Of a stretch of 64,000 bases of DNA, positions 14,043 to 27,150 are shown one piece after another. Under the pieces are notes generated by a model, which was not told where the DNA came from, did not search any database, and worked only from the letters and a program-made list of their open reading frames with translations. Numbering within the stretch: position 1 is the first letter of the stretch; the number at the start of each line of letters is the position of its first letter. This stretch comes from the human T2T-CHM13v2.0 reference genome, Homo sapiens, in the NCBI RefSeq assembly GCF_009914755.1, contig NC_060929.1; one strand, written 5' to 3'. The position numbers and the translations under genes are program-made.

Positions 14043-16775
14043 TTAACTATGATTTTTAAAGGAGTGATAGAAAAAAAAAAAAAAAAGCCTTTCCAAATCG
14101 GAGATGTAGCAGGAATAAAATTATAGAAGCAGAAAGAATCATTTCCTGCAAGCAGCACTGTAAAACTGAAACACAAACAGAAAAGAGTTGGGTGCAAATA
14201 TGAAGTGACAATGGTGAGACCAGGGAACAATGTGCTGGAGAGACTTGAAGGCACAGCAAGGAAACACAGATTTGATGTGATAAGCAATAGGGAGCCTCTC
14301 TAAGTTCTAATACAGGGCAGGTTTGGGAAAACTCTGCTGTTTGCTTATGGCAAGTCTTAGAATCCTATGTGTTTTTAAAAATATAAAAGTAATTAGAATA
14401 TGTATTGTATAATTATAGATAGGCAATTTATAGTAACAGTTAGTTTCTACTCTACACCAATTTGAATGCTAAAATTAACCAAAGATAGAAACTGTAATCT
14501 GCATTAGCTCCCTATGGAATAAATTTCCTTATTACTGCTCTGTTGTTATACATAATTTGTATATTAAACTATCTCTAAGCCAGTATAAAAATCTAATATT
14601 GGTTTCAAGACAAGCATTGAAATGTTCAAGACACATTATTCATCTGAAATTGCTATAGATACAAAAGATCAAAACCACAGGCCCTCTTTCCTGTCCCAAA
14701 ATGTATTTAATTAATTGTAATATGTCCCAGTTCTATACAAAGGAGGTTGGGGAGATAGGAAATGATGAATAAAAAGTAAAATATTATAGTTATATATTCC
14801 AAAGCCATAGTTATTATATAATGATGCATTTCCCACTTTTTAAAATTAAGAAGAATTTATGCTTTATCTATGACATTAAGTCCTACAAAGAGATAATCAT
14901 TACAGAGTAGCATTTGTATTTGCAATTAATATTTCCTAAACCTCTAAAAAATTTCGAAGGTCATCTCCTGTTGATAAAATGACTGAGATCAGCAGCTGTA
15001 AAGGAACTCTTCACCTTTACAAACTGAATAATCTCCTATTCACTAAGCCCTTAATCTACTCTTTATCTCTTCAGTGGCTTGTGATTGTCACATATTCCAT
15101 TTAATTTCCAGGGATTTCCTCACCGTATGTCTCTTTTAGGAAGATCACAAGGAATTTGTTACCCTTGTGATAGGTTATGAAATAGCAGTCTGGCTTGGAT
15201 CACTGTCTTTAAACACAATAACAACAACGACAATGCTGAATTCAAATAATAGTTTTTTAAAACCAAACATAAAAATTGGAAAGATTCACCTCAGCTTTCT
15301 AGCTATTACAAGAAAAGAAATTTCTGGCTTGATTTATCTAAATTGTCTCTGGTTTTTACCTCACCTGGCAATATATATAAAGTTTCAGTGTAATGTCACA
15401 GAAAGCTATTTTTACATCCCAAATCTATTGATCTTATAATTGGTTCATGAAAACAACTTCCCTCCTCACTTCTTAACACCATGTGTTTCATAAATTAGTT
15501 GCTCAAATCAGTTTTTTCCTCCTGTATTAACCACTAATTCAGCTTTAGTAATGATAATAACATAAGCACAAAAATTTAAAGCTTCTGTATCTCATTCATA
15601 ATATTTTTCTAATTTATCTGGCATCAGGGCTTCTTGTTGTTTTTCAGTTGAACTAATTCAGTCCAGAAAAAAAAAAATGTATTGTTGAAGATGGAAGCAG
15701 CTTCCTATAGAAGGCAGCAGCTTTCCTCAGGAATGATTCATTTAGAACAGTGGCAGCTTCCAGACTTCACACATTACTTCCCCAAATTTGCTGAATTTAG
15801 CATTAGCCAGCTTGATACTAAAACACCCAGAACCAAAGACATGTGGGTGAACTCACATCTTCCTCTGAATTTTTATTGCAAAAGCTCACAGAGCTACTTT
15901 TTCTGATTTATTTGTTGTATTTTTACTTGTAAACACATCCTGGTGACATTTAGAAAAATCAGGTAGAGAGATTTCCAGTTTTGGAACCATTCAAGTTTCT
16001 TGGAGATTATGGTTAGAAACATGTAGGTGATGGAAAGATTAATTTGTATTAAATTCTGGATTATGACTCTGTTTCTTCCCTGTTGAACAGCATTACTAAT
16101 GGGCATTAAATACCCATGATATATGATATTATATGGGGGTATCATATAATCAAGAAAACATTCTTCACCTAAATGGGCTTATGGTTCATTTATTACCAAG
16201 GTCATTTATTTATAAGAAACATGTTGCCAACCCACAACTCTAGCCTGAATGTGCTTGGTTACCAAATGTCTGTAAGTGCATATTAAATTGCATTTTACAA
16301 TAATGATAGCAGTGAGCTGATGTTCCTAAATTTTATCATGGCATCTTTAAAACACATCATGTTACACAGATCTAGGTGCCTGTAATTACTGCCAGAAGCC
16401 AAAGGACATTGGTGGTAAGGAGTATACTCTTATATGACCACATGGCCTGCCATTTTATCTGATAGGATGCCATCTGTTCATCCTGCTGCCATTCTCTAGG
16501 GTAACTGGGCTAAAACCACAAGATATTAAAAATAGTCACATTGCTACTGTATTTTTAATTGACTGGATGTTTATATCAGTGACTTTCCTCTCACAGGATA
16601 TTTGTTAAAATATTTTTCCATGGCCTTGTTTTAAGAGGTACTATTCAACTCTGTTGTATTGCATGGCCCACAGTCTTACTTAAGAAAAGTTCCCTATAAT
16701 TCGTTAGACAATCTATAAAATGGTAGAATATTAAGATATTTATAACTAAAACATTATATATCATAGTAAGAACCT

Positions 16776-17030
16776 ATATAGTTTTGCAGTTAAGAGCACT
16801 GGCTCCTGAGTCTGATTGCCAAGTTTGGAATCCCAGCTCCACTTCTTACTAGTTCTATGAATCTGGACGAGTTACCTTATTGTATTTAATTGTTCTCATC
16901 TGTAAAATAATGACAATAATTATATTTACATCTTTGTGTTGTTAGGAAGATTCAGTGAGCTAATATATGTAAAGAATCAAACATACTAGCTGACGTGTAA
17001 TAAGCCTTCAATAAATATTAGCAATTATTA
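16776..17030 (+). mobile_element. MIR, near full length
   Basis: GTTAAGAGCACTGGCT...AATCCCAGCTCCACTTCTTACTAG...CTCATCTGTAAAAT...TCAATAAATATTAGC. Confidence 0.8.
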
Positions 17031-18360
17031 GCAAGAATCATCTTGGTTTGGTATTAATCTCAAATTAGCATAAAAAGGCTTTGAGAACTGAACATTTATT
17101 CCATTTTAGATGGAATGTGCTATATAGAGAAAAATTACAAGATGAATCTGATTTCTCAAATGTGCTTCATTTGATTTTAAATATATCCCATATCTATATT
17201 TTAAGAATGATCCATTTTTATGCCTTTTTATCAGTGTATTATGCAGTGTTTTATTATTGCATGTCATTTCCTGAAATCCTGTGAACCAAAATGTCACTGA
17301 CAAGCACATACAAAAACACTGCTACCGCCTCACAGAAATCAAACAGAACTTCCATTTTATGACATATTTAAAAACATAATTTATCTTGAAAATGCTAAAA
17401 AGTATTTCTGTAGGGAGGAAAGCAATATTCTATAGCCAGTATATGACTTTATATGACTTTCATTAGTGTCGATTTAGGCATTCTACAAGTCTTTTGGACT
17501 CTTACGCTTATGCAGACTATAAAATTCAGGTTATAATTAATACAAAAAGACTTAGGAAGAAAAGGAAGTCAAAATGGTTAATATTCAGACTTTGAAGATA
17601 GGGATATGAACTCCTTTGCTTGATGATGGTTTAACTCAGATCTTTGGAAACTCCAGTTGGCTGAGCCCTCTCAGGTCCCACCCACTGCCTAACAACAGAT
17701 GCTCTATTCAGCAAAATATGGGCCTGATTGGTCAGATTCACTCCATTTATTCACTATACTCTTTGTGTTTTCTATGTACTAATGTCCCTCATGAATATGT
17801 TCCTTTTTAGTATTATGAAATGAACTAATAGGGAGAAACTAAAATAAGTTACTATAGGCAAGGCATAACAATAAGCAAAATTAATATGCTAAAATCAAAG
17901 CCTTTATATATACAATTTGGAAATAAAGAAACAATCTGTTTTACCCAATCATGAATTCAATGAAACTTCAATATTAGAGGATACAAAAACCACACTATCT
18001 CACAGAGCTAATGATGTGCCAGATTAGCAATCAGACCCTACACATCTTTATCAAAATAATGGTACTTGATGTATTTATATTAGATTAAAAAAAACCAAGG
18101 TGGGAAAGGGGTTGTATTGATCAAGATAATAATTGCTGATTAAAGTGCATTTATTTAAAAATAAAATAAATTGGCATAAAACGATCACTATTTTTTTCAG
18201 TTCATTCAAATCCATTATTTGATCATATATTTTAGGGATACAAATATATCACTTATGCATGGAAAAGAGTCGTCGAATACATTTTTCTACTTGAATTTCA
18301 TAAAACTCATTACACATTGCACAGTTGTTCATTGTAAAACAGCCATAATTAACAATTTCA

Positions 18361-18909
<549 letters not shown>

Positions 18910-19561
18910 TCAATAAGTAAAAGAACAAAGAAATGATTTTATTTTTTAAAAATGTAATTCCTTAAATGGCTATATGTTTAAATCTAAGTAAAATTAATAT
19001 ATTCTTAAACCAAGGCATTATGATTATGGAATTCTAAAAATTATGTGATATGAAGCATTATACAAATAAAATCAAAAACATTCATACCCCCATTTATTTA
19101 GTAAAGAGGCAAAAAAAGCAACCTACCTTATACTTAATACAAAATATAGACAGAAACTAGAAAGAAGTATAAGATTAGAAGATCTGTAAGAAAGCCTTTG
19201 GGAAGGCTCTTTGAAGATGTTTTGAATTATTTTAGATGTCAATTTACCAATCATAGATTAGAAAAAAAAACCCAGAAATAAATAGGATACTCTAACAATT
19301 TTAGTTATGCAAATTTATCTCAAGGAATACAGATTAGTTTTGCCATGGAATCTAGAATACACTGGAGTTTTGCAGTACTCCAAATATTTTATGCTTTATT
19401 TTTCTTTTGCTTGAAATAAGAAAACTAATTTTGGTCTGATGCTAAAAAGAACTGAGCAAGTTCTACTCCATATTTGAAACTAGAATCTACCTAAAATTTG
19501 TGTTTTTATTACTACTCTATTGAACAACTACTTCAAATATATTGCCACTACTTTTCCATAA

Positions 19562-19745
<184 letters not shown>

Positions 19746-20599
19746 AAAAAAATCTTTAACATTTCTAATTTAATTCTGAACATGCCTATGACTACTAAGT
19801 ACCTTTTGAAATATTCTTATCTCAACTTACATTAAAATTGAGAGAAAACCAGGAACTTCATTGCTGGTTTATATAGCTTAACTAAATTAACTAAATTCAC
19901 TTGACATAACTATAGTGTTATTTTTATAAGGGTTCTTTCAGTCTGTTGACACTCCTATTAATCAAATATTTATAGTTGTTACAGTATATACTTGCAAAAA
20001 TGAAAAAATAAACACAACTGTATAATCATGAAATGTATCCAGAAACATGAGTTACTTTATCCTAGTCATAGGTATGTTATTTGAGGAGTTTTGTATAAAC
20101 AATATAAACTTCCATGATAAAAATGTCTGTTTACCAAGATATTTTTGTTTTACATGAATACTCCTACTTAGACTATTTGAGCTACATTTTGGTGAGGTAT
20201 ACATGTGTATAAAGCTTTCAAAGTTACTATCATCTGTAATTAAGAATGACTCCTGAAATAAAAGTACTAGTTGAAGAAAAAACTATAATAGGCCCTATCT
20301 CCCCTGTCTCCAGCCTCAGGATGTTGTAAAGGATAAGCGTTTGTTATTTTGAAGATTTCACCAGTATTTCTGTCAAAACTTGCCTGCAATTTTTGAAACA
20401 ACTGTACAAATACCCATGTCAGCCATACAACATGTACTGGCAGTTTAAATGAAATGGTTTTATATCTTCTCACAATGGAAATGCAAAATATACCATTCAA
20501 CACAATAAGGACAGAGGAGAGATGTAGAGGAGGAGCAATATTGTAACAGCTATTTCACAAAGAAATGGCACCACTAAACTCTAAAATGAAACTGTGTGT

Positions 20600-21300
20600 A
20601 CCCTGAGGATTTTTCACTTCTGGGCACTCCTATCAAGTCCCTTCTGTAAGCTTCTCTCTCTGCCCTCCCCTTCAAGGCTGTTGTTCCCCTGGGTGTCACA
20701 CATAGCCCTTTCATCTTCTATTCTACGCATTGCCCTTGAGAAATATTATACACTTATCCATGCCTTTAATAATTAATTTGTAACTGATGACCCCAAAAGC
20801 TTTATCTTCAGTCCATTCCTATCTTCTAAGCCTCCTAATCCTCATAATCAGTAGCCCGTTAAATCTCTCTCCTGGCATATCTCACACTCATCTCAAACAG
20901 CATGCCTAAGCTCAAACTCATAATCTCCTCTCCCACATATATTCCTCACATATCCCCTATCTCAGGGAATGGAATAACTCTATGTGTGATTTGCAAGCCA
21001 GAAACCATGGAGCCATCCTAAATAACTCCTGGCCCTAAATCTGCTCAAACCCATATCCAATTGATCACCAAGGCTGTTTAGTTCTCACACCTAAATGTAT
21101 GTTGTATTCATCCATTTGCACTTTACTATTCCCACTGCAGCTGTCCTCATTCAGAAAGTCTTACCAGCTGTTTTATTTAAATACAAGCCAATTAAATGAT
21201 TTTATTTTACATTTTCTAACCTGTTCAAAGAAGATTATTACAGAGCCAAATATACAGGGTTTTATGGATTAAACGAGACGATATATGCTAATCCCAGGGC
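20600..21300. mobile_element. L2 remnant
   Basis: TGATGACCCCAAAAGCTTTATCTTCAGTCC...CATCTCAAACAGCATGCC...CAAGCCAGAAACCATGGAGCCATCCT. Boundaries approximate. Confidence 0.55.
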
Positions 21301-22454
21301 CTGGCATATAATTGTGGCACACAATGCCAGTGGCCTAGTCACTACCCATTTACCCTTCCTCACTTACCACAAGAAATCCAATTTTGTGGGAAGCACCCAG
21401 CAACCTAATGAAAAATACTCATTTCTACAGACATCTTTGCATTTCTGTAATTAAGATAGAAGCTTTTTTTGAAGGAAAACTAATATCCCATCCCTCAGAG
21501 CAATAGAGATGAAAAGAAAGCACCATTCATTCTTTACTACAGTAATAATGCTTATCACACTATAGCTTTTTGCTAGCAATACTTAATATGGTCTGAAGCC
21601 ATTAGATATCTCAATACCAGTAGGAAACTCTGTTAAACCCCATAATATCCTTTTAAAGTAACATCGACTCTATTTTGCAGACAAAACCACAGGTGCTTTT
21701 ATATGCTTACATAATATTGTCTTTAGTTAGCATGGATTCATTCCTTAGGTAACAAAAAAATACAATCATCACCTGTTCTAGAAGTGCAATATACCTTCTT
21801 TAAAAAAAGTAAATGGGTTCTTAAAAATTGACCTCATGAAAATCTCTTACCTAATTGCCCACGAGTCTTTCTTTCTAGCTCTTTACTCTCAAAATTTCTC
21901 TTAGATACCCAAGCTCCTTCTTTACCTTAACTCTCAGTTTCTATGTCTTGCACATTTTATTACCATATCATCTTTCCTATCTATCCCCTCCTTCCATTCT
22001 TATTTCTCTGGTCTGGGCAGAGCCACCTTCTGCTTGAAATTCCTCATGAGTCTCCTGCCTCTTCTCTCTAATCAAGTCCCACCACTCCCAAAGCAACTTA
22101 CCTAACAATCAATTTGCTAGGTCAACAACCAGCACTGACTCTCTCAATTAAACGAAAACAACTTAGTCTGTTTGTCAAGGCACTCCAGGATATGGCCTCC
22201 TCCTGCCTTTCCATCCCCCTCTTTTAACAACTGAGGACAAGCATCCCATATCTCAGGCAAGAGGGCACTTGCTCATGCTTTGCCCTCATGCCTACCTGGG
22301 TACACATACAGGAGATATGATTACTTCCATTCCAGCTATCTTTCTACCTAACAGCCCTCAAATCCCCTCAAATCCCTTTCTACTTCTCCCTCAAATCCCA
22401 TTCTGGCAATGAGTTTCTTAGTTTGTTTGTGTGTGAGTGTGTGTTTTATTTTTG

Positions 22455-22780
22455 TTTTAGTAGACTTTATTTTTAGAGTAGTTTTAGGTTCATGGAAAAC
22501 TTTAACTGAGTGTACAGAGATTTCTTATATACCTCCTGCCCCTACACATATATAGTCCCTCCCCATTATCAACATCCCCCACCATAAAAAAAAAATTGTT
22601 ACAAATGATGAACCTACACTGACATCTCATTATCAACCAGAGCCCACAGTTTACATTAGGATTCACTGTTGGTGTACATTCTATGGTTTGGGCAAATACA
22701 TAGAGACATGTATATACACCAGTAGTTTCACTGCCCTAAAAATCACATGTGCTTTTCCTATTCATCCTTCTTTCACCTCA
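22455..22780 (-). mobile_element. Old L1M (L1MC/MD-like) 3' end
   Basis: TAGACTTTATTTTTAGAGTAGTTTTAGGTTCA...ATGAACCTACACTGACA...AGTTTACATTAGG. Confidence 0.65.
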
Positions 22781-25459
22781 TTTGTTAGTTTTTTTTTTTA
22801 CAACCCTCAGAGCAGCATATATTCTCAACATGTTTCCTATTTTTGATTCTGTTACTATTTGTATGTGTTTCTTCCATCATTACTGATTCAAGTTATTTAA
22901 AGTTCAAAACTGTATCTTGTCTTCTATATATTTTCTGCTATAAGATAGATAGCATCTAAGATAGCAAATGTTAAGAATATTTATTAATTGGATTTTTAAT
23001 GAAAACATACACTTTAATGGGGGATATTTAAAGAAAACCTTTTATAATAAGCCAAAGAGCCATTAACAAAGTAAATAATAATTTCTTATTTGTCTTGCAT
23101 ATAGATCTGGATTTTACTTATTAAGGGTTTTCATTTTTACAACAGAATATGTTAAAATAAATAAAATAGGAAACAAAGAGGTTAGAAATATGCTCTTAGG
23201 TTAGATATCTAAAAAACAAAAGAGTTGTGTATTTGAGATGTTTTTACATATCATATATCTACCTACTTCTATTCATCCTGCCCCAGAGAAAAAGTATTTG
23301 TAAAAGAACTTGCTTGGACTTTGAAGGCAGACCAGAGTTAAAATCCTAGCTCCACTAACTGGATGATTTGGAGCAAGATATTTAGCTGCCATAAACTTTC
23401 ATTTTTTTCTACTACTCTTAGAGTTACTCTGTGTGAGGACTACATGCAATAGTGTATGCAAAGTGTAGCATATAGAACCTGTATGAAGAGAAGCCACGAC
23501 ACAAAAATGATAGCTTCGGAATTCTATCTTACACTGGAATCTCTGTGGTATCCTGAATAAGGTGCCAGTTCTCCACAAAGCCTAACGTCAACAATGATAG
23601 GACTCTTTACTTATTTCTCCTTCCTTATAATAAAACCCCATCAACTGAAGGGGATGGAGAAAGAAACTGTTACGTAGAAACTTCCTTTCTCTGAAATACC
23701 AGCAAAGCAGAGAGGACACTCACTGGAAAACTAATGATCTTTATAATTACAGCAAAATCATAATCTAGGTAACTATTTTACCTTTTTCACTGGAAATATA
23801 TAGAATAGGCTAAATAAAATATTATCACTAATAAGTATAATATTAACTACTAATAAAATAATTTTCATAGGCCACTTATTTTTTATGTAGAGTGTATCTT
23901 CTCCCTATAGGTTTCTAGAAGAGATAAAGTGGCGTTGTAAAGATTAGTCCATGATACTAAATCAAGAAGAATTTCAAATTCAGTCATACTTTTTTTTCTC
24001 TACCCACATGCAACCCTTTAAGGCTTGTGGTAAGGAGAACTCCTCCTTGTTCCTAACAAGAACTTCCCACTCTTCTTAAGGTTTCCCAGCCCCAGTTGCT
24101 TACGTTATCTTCTCTACTTGAAACAGCCTGATGTCAGACATTTCTAACCTAAAGCTTTAATGAGATTTAAATAATCGTCATACTTTACTACTACTAAAGG
24201 TGCTTGTATTTACAATATTTTCTCTAAATATTGAATGAAAAATTCTTTTCTCCCCTCTCTGTGATGAAATAAATATTTGTCATTGAGCAGAATTGAATAA
24301 AAATATTTATGGTTAATTTCCTGACACGGTACCAGATTTACAGTCGCTCCTATTTTATCTACAGTTGAAGTCAAATAATGTCATAAATCTGTCCCCTCAA
24401 CTCACACTTAAGATTCACTTCTAAAAGAAAGAAATAGAATTCCCAAAAGATAAATGCTTTTGATAACTTCTCATGAAATATAGCACCTCTTTGGCTGATA
24501 TACAGCCATAGTGTGCTGCTTCTGTGATCTGTTACTGGTTTCAAAATTAGTGGTATTCTGGGAGACTAATTAACATCATTAGCCACAATATAAAAGTTTG
24601 GACCATTGCATTTAGAAGAATGGCCTCTTGATATCAATTATTTTATAAATATGAAACATGAATTGAACATGTTTATAACAACTTATCAACCTGCATAAAT
24701 AAACAAATAAATAAGCAAATAAATACCCAGCTAGATTTAATTTTTATAACAACAATAGTCCTCAAAATCATGTCCCAAATTTTATTTAAAACTGATTCAA
24801 TTTTTAAAATCTAATAGCCTGATGATTTGGTACATATGTTTTGAAAACTAGCATAAGGTGCCTTCTCTTAAATGCTAGGTCCTCTTCCCAATCCTCTTAA
24901 TACTAAGATTCACACTGGGAAAGATATTTTGTAAAATATGTGTATTTAGAAACTTCGCAAAAAAGTTTCATTGACCAGGTTTGCTACTTGGTCTAATGCC
25001 TTGATGTCTCACAAGGCCAAATTTATTATCCATGGAGGGTGGGAAGGAAATATATTTTAAAAATCCAGACAACTCAAACATAGGCAATTTGGAGTGGAAA
25101 TATGCTAACTTTCTTAAAATAGTAAACCCTTGCAAAATGATCCTATCTGAGGGAAAGTTTAGCCTAAGTAATGAATAAAACAAAGTTAGACTATATTTAA
25201 AGGCATTTAGATGTCTTCCAATAAACTAGCAATTTATCCAATGAGAATATGAGATGGGTGGGTGGTGCATTGTTTTAGCTACTCATGAAAATGGTTTATT
25301 AAATTAAGCTAATGAAATAGAAATTTAAAACCTATGAAAGTATTAAGTTGTGTACCAATCCAAGCAAAAGTAAACATGTTTTGTCTATTTCCCCCTTCTC
25401 CTGAAACTGTATTTTTTTATTGTTTGTTAACCTTCTGTCAATATTAAAAATCTTATATT

Positions 25460-26600
25460 GCTTCACATACTCTTGTTTGTGGGATTTTACAACTACAGCT
25501 GCTCACCTCTCCTACTTGAAACTCTCCCAAAGCTTTGATTTCTATGACTCTACATTATAATAATTCCTCACTCATATTTCTGTATTAGCATAGACTCATT
25601 TTTCTCAATTCTTATCTGACTCCTCTTCTACCATTAACAATGTGGACATTACACATGACTCAATTCTACCCAACTCTTCTTCCTTCTATTCACTCTCTCC
25701 TTCAGCCTCTCCAACCTCCACAGGTTTAACTAATATGTTAAGGTAAATGGTCCTCAAATCGATCACTAGCTTTAACCTCTACTATGAAGTTAGGCATTGC
25801 TAACTATGCAGGATATATAGTTACAAATAACTATATATCCTGTATAGTTAGTGGCTTCCAAATTTCCTGATAGAATAGTCATCTCACCAGACTTAAATCT
25901 AGACTAATTAATCTTCTAGTCTCAAAATAATTCACCTGATATTTTTATTTCTGTTTATTATAGCATAGCTTTTTTTCTTTCATCCATCCACTATGCATAA
26001 AACTTTAGAAATGTCCCTGACTCTTCTCTCTGCCCAGCTCTGGCATTTGATTACTTGCCCAGCTCTATATCTTCCCTAATACAATATTTTTCAAATTCAG
26101 CTTTTCATTTTGTTCCATTGTCATCATCCTGGATGAAGTTCTTATATCATTATTATGTTTTCTAATTTTCCTGTTTCTACCTGCCCTAGTAAATTGCCTC
26201 CTATTTATATCCACTAGACTTTCCTATTGCTTACAAAATGAAATGTAACCACTCAAAATCCTCTTAAGTATGTCCCAATTCGGTACCTGGAATTTTTTCA
26301 CATACACAGTCCCAAGCTAAATTAAAAAGACTCTTTTTCAGAGTCATCATCTTTGCCATCCCCCACCCCAAAATGACAACTGGGATTTCCTTTTCCTAAA
26401 CCCAAACTCAACCTCTACATTGCCTTACATTACTTCAACAGTCAAATAAATTCCAGTTCCTTCACAGAACTCCCTTTCACCTGATCTCTATCCCAGTTGG
26501 AGTTGATCTCCTCTTGTCCCAAATGCCTATCGTAATTTCTCTACATGATTTTCAGCATCTGAGCACATCTACTACTGAACAGTGAATACTCTGCCATAAT
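25460..26600. mobile_element. L2 remnant
   Basis: Pyrimidine-rich L2-like sequence (CTCCTACTTGAAACTCTC...GATTTCTATGAC, CCCTGACTCTTCTCTCT). Boundaries approximate. Confidence 0.45.
25800..25851. repeat. Near-perfect inverted repeat (24-bp arms, 4-nt loop)
   Basis: CTAACTATGCAGGATATATAGTTA-CAAA-TAACTATATATCCTGTATAGTTAG; 23 of 24 positions pair. Confidence 0.9.
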
Positions 26601-26704
26601 ATGATGTCAACAATAATTTGATAAAGACTGCTTAATAAACAGTCTCCAAAAATACTGTTTTAGCCCTTATTCCTAGCCAAATTAAATGCCAATCATCTTT
26701 ATAC

Positions 26705-26860
26705 TTAAATTGCCTAGCAAATAGTATATATACTGCTGATTTCCCAATGATCAAATTCCAAATTAGTATCTGCGTTAATGATTTTAAATTGCCTAGCAAA
26801 TAGTATATATACTGCTGATTTCCCAATGATCAAATTCCAAATTAGTATCTGTGTTAATGA
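26705..26860. repeat. Tandem duplication, period 79 bp
   Basis: 26705-26781 and 26784-26860 are identical except one CpG>TpG change (26773 vs 26852). Confidence 0.95.
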
Positions 26861-26906
26861 GGGTTTATTATAGCATTACACAATTCTAGTTAAAAATAAA
26901 TACGAC

Positions 26907-27150
26907 CATAGGTGGGATTTGAACAATGAGAACACATGGACACAGGAAGGGAAACATCACACTCTGGGGACTATTGTGGGTGGGGGGAGAGGGGACGGAT
27001 AGCATTGGGAGATATACCTAATGCTAGATGACGAGTTAGTGGGTGCAGCGCACCAGCATGTCACATGTATACATATGTAACTAACCTGCACATTGTGCAC
27101 ATGTACCCTAAAACTTAAAAGTATAATAATAATAAATAAATAAATAAATA
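26907..27150 (+). mobile_element. Short 5'-truncated L1PA3-like 3' end
   Basis: L1 3'UTR (ATTGGGAG...GCTAGATGACGAGTTAGTGGGTGCAGCG) followed by an (AAAT)n tail. The TSD is unclear. Confidence 0.88.

Noticed and set aside
26705-26860. Direct repeats considered as a CRISPR-like array (also 47038-47129)
   Set aside because: Only two adjacent copies with no spacers, in eukaryotic intronic DNA with no cas genes.
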